Shown: positions 56,399-63,945 of the stretch, one piece after another | Position numbering within the stretch: position 1 is the first letter of the stretch | Layout of the letters: each line of letters opens with the position of its first letter | DNA from: an uncultured Gammaproteobacteria bacterium | GTDB lineage: Bacteria > Patescibacteriota > Patescibacteriia > Magasanikbacterales > UBA922 | DNA: 64,000 nucleotides | Direction: 5' to 3' | Assembly: GCA_965231005.1 (NCBI GenBank) | Contig: OZ246405.1 | Span: 167,204 to 231,203, forward strand | Position numbers and translations under genes: made by a program | Notes under the pieces: model-generated | What the model was told of the DNA's origin: nothing | Databases searched by the model: none | What the model saw: the letters and a program-made list of their open reading frames with translations, nothing else

Positions 56399-56761
56399 CT
56401 ATGAATGTTCTTGTTCGAGTCGACGGAGAATCCGCAGCGCAGACTCTGCGAATTCGTGATCCTGGTCAAACCGATCTGGTATGTTTCGCTGTGTGTTACC
56501 GATAGACGTACGAGAAAACTGTGGGAACGCCACATGAGTCGCTGGAACATCCATGTGGCTGAACCAGTAAAGAAAGTAGATGCACAGCTTTTGCGCTCGA
56601 CTCAGTGGCTCACCACTCTTGTGAAAACCGATCTTGTCAAGATCGACTCCGCATACGTCAGCACAAACTGCAATCACACGCTCTGTTTTGTATCGCCGCC
56701 GCTCCATTGCAGCACTTCGCAGCACCTGTCCGGGTGGATCTGTACTATAGATGCACCTCAT
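56399..56761 (-). CDS. GC-rich 120-aa protein with a possible DnaA-C-terminal-like HTH (cassette F2)
   Basis: Translationally coupled to F1 through an ATGA overlap. LSRAQKLCIYFLYWFS..HVAFPQFSRTSIGNTQ loosely parallels the DnaA domain IV pattern. Confidence 0.45.
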   Translation of the reverse strand: MRCIYSTDPPGQVLRSAAMERRRYKTERVIAVCADVCGVDLDKIGFHKSGEPLSRAQKLCIYFLYWFSHMDVPATHVAFPQFSRTSIGNTQRNIPDRFDQDHEFAESALRILRRLEQEHS

Positions 56762-57222
56762 GCCAGGTGTGGACGCGTCTTGCGCGCACAGGCCAGGAAG
56801 CAGCGCGCAATCGGACCGTGCCAGTACGAGTAGAGGATGAACTGCAGTGGCTGGCTCGTGTCAGGAAACATCCGAGTGATCATCCTTCCTCCAGGCCGAT
56901 CAAACCGATCACGCTCTGGCTCGACACGAACAGGAATCCGCGGGTGATCCACGCGGATCCATGCCGGACCAGCTTGTGTGTGGATCGAAGCGCAGAAAGG
57001 CCCGTCGGTCGAACCTTCCTTGACCATGCAGCCAGTGACGTACTCTCCGGTCTCGAGAAGATGTCGAGCCTGCTCATCGGTGATGGTGTGCTGCACCACT
57101 CGCCGTCCTTCTTCGTCGCGCGGCACCGTACGTGCGGCCGGCGTGCGATCCCACAGACCGTCGTGCCACTTGCGATCACGACGCCTGCCAAAACCAATAT
57201 CTCTGCCGAGTCCCATAGTCAT
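56758..57222 (-). CDS. GC-rich hypothetical 154-aa protein (cassette F1)
   Basis: Start at MTMGLGRD with SD GGAGGTCATC then ATG, identical to the island E gene 1 SD. The promoter TTGACA, 17-bp spacer, TATAAC lies at 57257-57285. Confidence 0.5.
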   Translation of the reverse strand: MTMGLGRDIGFGRRRDRKWHDGLWDRTPAARTVPRDEEGRRVVQHTITDEQARHLLETGEYVTGCMVKEGSTDGPFCASIHTQAGPAWIRVDHPRIPVRVEPERDRFDRPGGRMITRMFPDTSQPLQFILYSYWHGPIARCFLACARKTRPHLA

Positions 57223-57346
57223 GATGACCTCCGTGTTGTAGGAACGTTGCCATAGGGTTATACATGAAAAAGATGAAGATGTCAATTAGGAAAACAAAAA
57301 AACCTTTTTTAAGGTTTACAATATATTTAAATATGAATTTTTGAAT

Positions 57347-57392
57347 GCGCCTTTTAAGCCTTTAAGGCCTCTACGGCTTTTAAAGCCTTTTT
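57347..57392. repeat. 9-bp tandem array x5 at the outer edge of island F
   Basis: GCGCCTTTT AAGCCTTTA AGGCCTCTA CGGCTTTTA AAGCCTTTT. Confidence 0.65.
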
Positions 57393-57517
57393 ATCGTCTC
57401 CTCAACCACATCCCCGGAAACCCGGGGCTGTGATATTTGGAAGGATAGACATACGTCCATCTATTCCCCCTTAATAGAGCAAAAAGACTATATGAGTGGC
57501 TTGCTTCTACAGCAAAA

Positions 57518-57568
57518 CCATGATCCATTCAAGAATCATGATTTGTATAGAATCATGACATATCATAA
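57518..57568 (+). promoter_or_regulatory. Direct repeats of ATCATGA upstream of the response regulator gene
   Basis: CCATGATC, AATCATGAT, AATCATGAC and ATATCATA at spacings of about 17-18 bp within a 420-bp non-coding gap. Confidence 0.3.
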
Positions 57569-57818
57569 ATCCTGAGGTGTGGGGTCAGGTATTCATCTAT
57601 GTATAGAGAAATATAACCCTCTACCCTAGACAGAATCCACACAATCTCACAAATATCGTATTTTTACTCTAAGTACGTGTAAAAAGAACAATTGCCCACA
57701 AGAAAATACTACAATAAGGCAATTAATGAAAAAATAAAGAGTTCTTAAAATTAAATATGACGCTCCTTGCACACCAAAACAGTATAGGCTATACTTTTAG
57801 AATATACCTAAACCGAGT

Positions 57819-58490
57819 ATGCGAATTTTACTTGTTGAAGATGAGAAAGATATTGTCCAATTTTTAAAGCCAAGCCTTGAATCTGAGTGTTTTGTAGTTG
57901 ATGTTGCAACAGATGGAGAGCAAGGATCTTTTCTTGGACCTACAAACAACTACGATCTCATTATTCTGGACAACATGCTTCCAAAGAAAAATGGAAGAGA
58001 AGTGTGCACAGAAATTAGAGAAGCTGGAAAGACAACACCTATCCTTGTTTTGTCTGTAGTAGAAGAAACAGATCAGAAAGTTGGCCTTCTCAATGCAGGA
58101 GCAGATGACTACATGACAAAGCCATTTTCCCTAGGGGAATTGCTTGCCAGAATGCATGCACTCCTTCGACGACCAAAGAAAATAGAAAGCCAAATTCTGC
58201 AAATCGCTGATCTTACTTTGGATACACGAAAACACCTTGTAAAAAGAGGTGGAAAGGAAATTTACCTAACACGAAAAGAATTTATTTTCCTTGAATACCT
58301 TATGAAAAATCCTGGTGTTGTCTTGTCCAGAGGAATGATAATGGAACATGTCTGGGATATGAATGCTGACCCTTTTTCAAATACAATTGAATCACATGTA
58401 TTAACATTGAGAAAGAAAATTGATACAAAGGGAAAGAAAAAATTGATACGGACTGTTCCAGGAAGGGGTTACAAAATTGAAGCAAGCTAA
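57819..58490 (+). CDS. OmpR-family response regulator
   Basis: Receiver domain (D..D..K) followed by a winged-helix trans_reg_C domain. Confidence 0.85.
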   Translation: MRILLVEDEKDIVQFLKPSLESECFVVDVATDGEQGSFLGPTNNYDLIILDNMLPKKNGREVCTEIREAGKTTPILVLSVVEETDQKVGLLNAGADDYMTKPFSLGELLARMHALLRRPKKIESQILQIADLTLDTRKHLVKRGGKEIYLTRKEFIFLEYLMKNPGVVLSRGMIMEHVWDMNADPFSNTIESHVLTLRKKIDTKGKKKLIRTVPGRGYKIEAS

Positions 58491-58684
58491 AAAATTCAAG
58501 AAAAAAATAATAAAAGTCTGTTCAAGGCTTTTTTTGTTTGTTAAAAGTGAAAATGTTGTGACTTTATATGGAATTTATATTTAATAAATAAAAAATCGAA
58601 ACCGAATTTATCTTTACAAAGATTTAAAGACATATAATTAATACAAAAGACAACTTTCTATCAAAAAAAATAAATACAGACAAC

Positions 58685-59386
58685 ATGAATATCCCAAGAA
58701 CTGAGGGGAAACGTGTTTGGAGGGATTTTCGCGAGACAACATTTAACGAGAGGCTGAAAATCGGATATAGCCAAGTGAAACAACGTTGGGCCAACGCTCC
58801 TGCTCATTTTACTAATAAGTCATTACAAATTTGTGGACATCCAGTTATGAATAGTTGGGAAAAAAACTACATGAAATTACTTGCAAACATTGCCACAAGT
58901 AATGGTGGCGATATTGTGGAAGTCGGATATGGGATGGGAATCTCTGCAAAATTCATCCAGACAAACATAAATATTCAATCTCACATAATAATAGAGGCAA
59001 ACAAAGATGTTTTTGAGAAAGCAGTTGAGTTTGCACAGCAAGATTCAAAAAAAATAAAACCCGTATTTGGATTTTGGGAAGAAATTATACCAGAAATGGA
59101 AGATAACTCTATTTCTGGTATTTTGTTTGACACATATCCACTTTCAGAAGATGAAATCCACAGAAATCACTTTCCATTTTTCAAGCATGCATACCGAATA
59201 TTAAAACCAGGAGGTGTCCTTACATATTATTCTGATGAAGCAACAGATTTTTCAGACGACCACGTTCAAGAGCTGGTCGATGCAGGATTTAGCAGAATTA
59301 ATAGTTTTCTTTGTGAAGTTAACCCACCTCCAGACTGCAAATATTGGAAGAGCAATACGATCCTTGCGCCCATCATTGTTAAATAA
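58685..59386 (+). CDS. Guanidinoacetate N-methyltransferase (GAMT/RMT2) family SAM-dependent methyltransferase
   Basis: Matches vertebrate GAMT along its length: ICGHPVMNSWEKNYM, VEVGYGMG, ILFDTYPLSEDE, LKPGGVLTYYS and NPPPDCKYW. Confidence 0.7.
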   Translation: MNIPRTEGKRVWRDFRETTFNERLKIGYSQVKQRWANAPAHFTNKSLQICGHPVMNSWEKNYMKLLANIATSNGGDIVEVGYGMGISAKFIQTNINIQSHIIIEANKDVFEKAVEFAQQDSKKIKPVFGFWEEIIPEMEDNSISGILFDTYPLSEDEIHRNHFPFFKHAYRILKPGGVLTYYSDEATDFSDDHVQELVDAGFSRINSFLCEVNPPPDCKYWKSNTILAPIIVK

Positions 59387-59486
59387 TAAGACACAAGACA
59401 CAAACCAACATATCAAATCGCAAAGTTTGTATCTTGCATCTTAAGATTTAATCCGAGGCTCTTTCACAACCCTAAGGAGGGAAAAT

Positions 59487-59894
59487 ATGAGCACACAAAC
59501 ACAAACATTTGGAACGCACCTCATACTGGATTGCTATGGTGCAGATCCCAAAAAACTTCAAGACGTTGGTCTCATCTTTCGCTTTCTGGATGAATTGCCT
59601 GCACTCATTGGAATGCAGAAAATTGGCCCTCCCCAGATGGCAAATTTCGATGACGAAGCAATTGCTGGTGTGACTGGCGTCATCCAGATTGTTACGTCAC
59701 ACATAAGCATCCACACATATGCGCTCAAGCATTGTTTTTTTATGGATGTCTTCTCGTGTAGCGAATTTGACCCACAAACGGTCATTGACCACGTCAAAAA
59801 GGCATTTTCCGTCGATACAATCGAACATACCGTAGTCTCACGTGGAAAACACTTTCCAGTCAACAACCTCAGCCAACCGGAGCAGAAGCAATGA
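59487..59894 (+). CDS. S-adenosylmethionine decarboxylase-like pyruvoyl enzyme of the small SpeH/class 1a type
   Basis: GTHLILDCYG and the TSHISIHTY Ser-cleavage motif. SD is AAGGAGGG. GC above the host level. Confidence 0.65.
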   Translation: MSTQTQTFGTHLILDCYGADPKKLQDVGLIFRFLDELPALIGMQKIGPPQMANFDDEAIAGVTGVIQIVTSHISIHTYALKHCFFMDVFSCSEFDPQTVIDHVKKAFSVDTIEHTVVSRGKHFPVNNLSQPEQKQ

Positions 59895-60613
59895 ATCCGT
59901 TCAAAGCAAGAGCTGGAACACGAAATGACATCGACGCAATCATTGCGATTGAAAAACAGGCTTTCAAAGACTCGGGAGCACCAACATTCGGCCGCAAAGA
60001 GATTGAATCTTGGTTCGATGTTCACCCCGAAGGTGTCCTTTTGGCAGAGAAAGACGGAAGAGTCGTCGCATTTACGTACATGCAACTGATTCACCTAGAT
60101 CCAGAAAACCTGCCCCCATTCAAAACGCATGATGAGCTGTCTGACAATAGCTCGAGTCGAGCAACGCATACGCCTGATGGCAACTGTTTTCACGGATTCA
60201 CTCTTGATTCGATTAGTCCTGGTGCTGGACTTTTTTTGCTTGAAAAGGCAAAAGAGTTTGTTAAACAAAAAGGAAAACCCTATTTGTTTGGCACATCCCG
60301 AATCGTTGGGTTCAACAATGTCATGCGTGCTGTAGCACTCATGAACCCAGAAATCACGCTGACAAAAGAGCTTGAACAGAGCATTGCCGTATGGTATGCT
60401 AGAAAAACTGCAGCGATGGTAAATGGATGGATCGGGAAACTCATACCAGACACGCCCAACACAGCAGACCTCGTCCTCCCTGAACTCGACTCTCCAGATC
60501 CAATCCTTGGGTTCTACCTCATGAATGAGTGTGAAATGCACTCGTTTCTACCAGACTTCATTCATGATCCGCCCAGCCGTGGCCATGCCTTCCTCTGCCT
60601 TTGGCATATTTAG
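59891..60613 (+). CDS. GNAT-family N-acetyltransferase-like protein
   Basis: ATGA overlap with the preceding gene. GNAT-like core. GC above the host level. Confidence 0.5.
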   Translation: MNPFKARAGTRNDIDAIIAIEKQAFKDSGAPTFGRKEIESWFDVHPEGVLLAEKDGRVVAFTYMQLIHLDPENLPPFKTHDELSDNSSSRATHTPDGNCFHGFTLDSISPGAGLFLLEKAKEFVKQKGKPYLFGTSRIVGFNNVMRAVALMNPEITLTKELEQSIAVWYARKTAAMVNGWIGKLIPDTPNTADLVLPELDSPDPILGFYLMNECEMHSFLPDFIHDPPSRGHAFLCLWHI

Positions 60614-60625
60614 GCAAAAACATCT

Positions 60626-62773
60626 TTGTGTCCCTATATGTTCATCTTTACCTACACGGCCGCAACCTTAGCACTCATTTGCACTGGGTTCGCGGCTGTT
60701 GTCTTTTATAAAAAGAAACAGGATAAGTTAGCTCAATTTCTTGTCCTTATTATGATATTCACTGCTTGTTGGCTTTCTAGCAATAGTTTGGCAGATATAG
60801 CAAAGACAGAATCTTCGCTTATATTATTTAGCGGATTAGCAGTGATTTCTGGATTTTTTCTACATAGCTTTTATCTGTGCTTTGTAGAATTCTTCATTGA
60901 TAAATCACTCTCTTTACGAAAGAAAATTTTTTATGTTGCACCAAGTATTCTTGCTGTGCCATTCGCGTTTTCCAAATATAGTACAGCGGCTATATATTTT
61001 CCAGAAGGACAACCTGCGCAAATTGAACCTGGAATACTTTACTACTTCTTTATTCTTTTTAGTTGGTTTGTATTTATATATAGTATAAATCGACTCAGAA
61101 TTGAACATAAAAAATCAAATTACCAACGAAAAGCACAAATTGCCTATATCCAACTTGGCTTCCTTATCATGGCACTTTTTGGTCAATTGTTTTCTGTCAT
61201 ACTCCCACTATTTGGAACAATCCATCTTTTTAACCTTGGACCACAATTTTCACTTTTCTTAATAGTACTCATCGCATACGCAATCTTTAAACACAAACTG
61301 TTTGATATTAAAATTGTTATCCAGTTGGGTATTATTTATTCAATACTTTTGGCTGGAATTGTCTCGGTCTATCTTGCAGTACTCTATGTGTTACTCTTCC
61401 TTCTAAAAGAAACCGATAGTCATATTATTTTCTTAATCAGCTCGCTTATCACGACTATCATTGGTATTTTTGGTGTCCCTCCAATTCAATTGTATTTCCA
61501 AAAAATTACAGATAAAATTTTCTTTAAAAACAAATACAATTATTCAAAATCTTTACGCAGATTAAGTGAAATTGTTTCTAGAAATATTAATCTAAAAGAC
61601 ATCCTTGCAAAGGCAGAAGATGCTTTGAAAGATATATTCAAGGTTGAAAACGTTTGTTATCTTCTTATCAGTGAAAATGCAAAATTGATTAAACATGAAA
61701 AATTCAAAAAGATAGACAAAAAACATGCAAAATATCTTGCAAAGGCATTGAGTGGAAAAAAGAAATATATCATTACATCTGAAATCCCGTATATCCTAAA
61801 AAACAATAAAAGATTAGGAGAAGAACAGACCGAAGCTTTGGACAAAATTGAAAAACTCTGCAAATCAAGAAAGCTTGAAATTGTTATTCCGCTTTTTGCA
61901 AATGACAAGTTGATCGGTGCATTTTCTTTATCGAAAAAATTATCTGGAGATGCATATACTGACAGAGATATTCACCTTTTGCAAACATTTTCTCACCAAG
62001 CTGCGCTTGCACTTGAAAAATCCAAATTGTATGAACAAGTTATTGACCATACAAAGAATCTTGAAAGACGTGTTTTAGAAAGGACCTCAGAGATTAAAGA
62101 ATTGCAGGAAAATCAGGCACAAGTTATGATGGATATTTCACATGGATTGCAAACACCACTGACAATTGTCAAAGGAGAACTAGATCTTCTTCAAAATAGA
62201 ATCCAAGATACACATGTTTTTGGGCGCTTAGAAAAATCTATTGATCGCATTTCAAAATTTATTGCTGCAATGCTTAATTTGTCTCGTCTTGAAACAGAAG
62301 CAAACACCGACAAAAAAGAAAAAATAAATATAAGTCTTCTTTTGGAAGAATTGCTCGAATACTTTACAACATTGGCAGAACAAAAAAGTATTTCAATAAC
62401 CTCTGAAGTCGCAAAAAATATCTTTGTGCTTGGCTCACGCAACAGACTAGAAGAACTTATTACAAATCTAGTCAGCAATGCTGTAAAATATATTGCGAAT
62501 GAAAGGAAAATTACAGTAACACTTGAAAAAGAAGAAAAAAATGCTGTCTTGCGTATTTCTGACACGGGAATTGGTATTCATAAAGAAGAATTGCCAAACC
62601 TATTTAAACGTTACTACCGATCAGAAGAAGAGCATAATACTATCCAAGGAACAGGATTAGGGCTTGCAATTTGTAATAAGATAGTCCAAAATCATCATGG
62701 TCGTATTTCTATTACAAGTACTCTTGGAGAGGGCACAACCGTAGAAGTCATGCTTCCTCTTATAAAGCGATAA
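60626..62773 (+). CDS. Sensor histidine kinase with a polytopic N-terminal membrane domain
   Basis: About 8 transmembrane helices, a GAF-like segment, HisKA H-box MMDISHGLQTPLT and HATPase_c boxes (ISDTGIGI, GTGLGLAI). Confidence 0.8.
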   Translation: MCPYMFIFTYTAATLALICTGFAAVVFYKKKQDKLAQFLVLIMIFTACWLSSNSLADIAKTESSLILFSGLAVISGFFLHSFYLCFVEFFIDKSLSLRKKIFYVAPSILAVPFAFSKYSTAAIYFPEGQPAQIEPGILYYFFILFSWFVFIYSINRLRIEHKKSNYQRKAQIAYIQLGFLIMALFGQLFSVILPLFGTIHLFNLGPQFSLFLIVLIAYAIFKHKLFDIKIVIQLGIIYSILLAGIVSVYLAVLYVLLFLLKETDSHIIFLISSLITTIIGIFGVPPIQLYFQKITDKIFFKNKYNYSKSLRRLSEIVSRNINLKDILAKAEDALKDIFKVENVCYLLISENAKLIKHEKFKKIDKKHAKYLAKALSGKKKYIITSEIPYILKNNKRLGEEQTEALDKIEKLCKSRKLEIVIPLFANDKLIGAFSLSKKLSGDAYTDRDIHLLQTFSHQAALALEKSKLYEQVIDHTKNLERRVLERTSEIKELQENQAQVMMDISHGLQTPLTIVKGELDLLQNRIQDTHVFGRLEKSIDRISKFIAAMLNLSRLETEANTDKKEKINISLLLEELLEYFTTLAEQKSISITSEVAKNIFVLGSRNRLEELITNLVSNAVKYIANERKITVTLEKEEKNAVLRISDTGIGIHKEELPNLFKRYYRSEEEHNTIQGTGLGLAICNKIVQNHHGRISITSTLGEGTTVEVMLPLIKR

Positions 62774-62780
62774 TCATACT

Positions 62781-63863
62781 GTGAAAAACATACTAATAAT
62801 CTCAGCGTCTGCAGGTGCAGGTCATGTACGAGCTGCAGAAGCTATCAAAAAGACTGCTGGAACAACATATCCAAACCTGAATGTACGCCATATTGATCTC
62901 ATGGATTATATTAGCTTACCTGTAAAAAAAATGGTTGGGACATACAATATTCTTGTTAAGCAAGCCCCTGAGCTCTGGGGATTTATGTATGAAAAGACAA
63001 ATGCTCCTGGCATTACAAAGCAGCTGAAAAAAATGAGCAAAAAAATGAGAAAACTTAATGCTCAAAAGTTAAATGAATATATTAAAAAACAAACACCTGA
63101 TTATATTTTATTCACTCACTTCCTTCCCCCAGATTTAATTGACCAAGAATTGTTTGGACACATTCCAACAGGAACACTCATTACTGATTATGATTTACAT
63201 GAACTTTGGATAAATAACAAAGAAAGTCATTACTTTGTGGGATCTAAAAAAATTTCTTGGAAACTAGAAAAAAGAGGGATTAATAAAAATAAAATCACTG
63301 TTAGTGGACTTCCTGTTGATCTAATTTTTTATCAAGAAAAAAATAAAAAAGCACTATTAGAAAAATACAATATTAGTAACAGCAAACCAATTATTCTTGT
63401 GCTGTCTGGTGGGCATGGACTTGGACATAGTGATAAAATAGTAAAAGCACTTTTTAAGAAAAAAGAAGAAGTGACAATAATAGCAATTGCAGGTCAAAAT
63501 GAAGATCTTTATAAAAAATTGCAACATCTGACTCCTCCAAAATATATAGACTACACTGTATTGAATTGGACAGATTCAATTGATGAGTATATGCGCATTG
63601 CTGACATCATCGTAAGCAAGCCAGGTGGAATGACAACAACTGAATGTTCAATCCTAGAAAAATATATGATTGCTGTTGACCCAATTCCAGGACAAGAAGA
63701 GCAGAATTCAAGATACATTATGGAAAAAGGATTTGGTGCAATTGCAAATAATGCTGAAGATTTACTATTTCTTATTGAAGAGGAGTTAGAAAAACCTCAT
63801 ATTATAAAAAAGAAAGAACAAGTATCGGCTGCAGAAATTATCTTGGAACAAATCCAAAAATAA
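62781..63863 (+). CDS. GT28-family glycosyltransferase (MGDG synthase / MurG-like)
   Basis: N-terminal ISASAGAGHVRAAEAI and a C-terminal GT-B half. Confidence 0.65.
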   Translation: MKNILIISASAGAGHVRAAEAIKKTAGTTYPNLNVRHIDLMDYISLPVKKMVGTYNILVKQAPELWGFMYEKTNAPGITKQLKKMSKKMRKLNAQKLNEYIKKQTPDYILFTHFLPPDLIDQELFGHIPTGTLITDYDLHELWINNKESHYFVGSKKISWKLEKRGINKNKITVSGLPVDLIFYQEKNKKALLEKYNISNSKPIILVLSGGHGLGHSDKIVKALFKKKEEVTIIAIAGQNEDLYKKLQHLTPPKYIDYTVLNWTDSIDEYMRIADIIVSKPGGMTTTECSILEKYMIAVDPIPGQEEQNSRYIMEKGFGAIANNAEDLLFLIEEELEKPHIIKKKEQVSAAEIILEQIQK

Positions 63864-63904
63864 AAAAAGGCACAATTGCCTTTTTTCTATACTGTCATTG
63901 CGAG

Positions 63905-63945
63905 GATAGCCTTTATGGCTTTTAAGGCATTTTAAGCTTTTACTC
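63905..63945. repeat. 9-bp tandem array x4 at the window end
   Basis: ATAGCCTTTA TGGCTTTTA AGGCATTTT AAGCTTTTA. Confidence 0.6.

Noticed and set aside
53089-57392. Classical integron
   Set aside because: There is no IntI-type integrase next to the array. The cassettes carry their own promoters. The boundary repeats are terminator-like hairpins plus tRNA-end copies rather than attC sites with a GTTRRRY core.
57393-57818. tmRNA, SRP RNA, RNase P RNA or 6S RNA in the long non-coding gaps (also 18320-18583 and 22370-22565)
   Set aside because: None of the conserved boxes I know was found by eye, for example the SRP GGUGCUGUUUACCAGG-like domain IV, the tmRNA tag reading frame with a tRNA-like end, or the RNase P P4 GNAANNUC. 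A covariance-model scan would be needed to exclude them.
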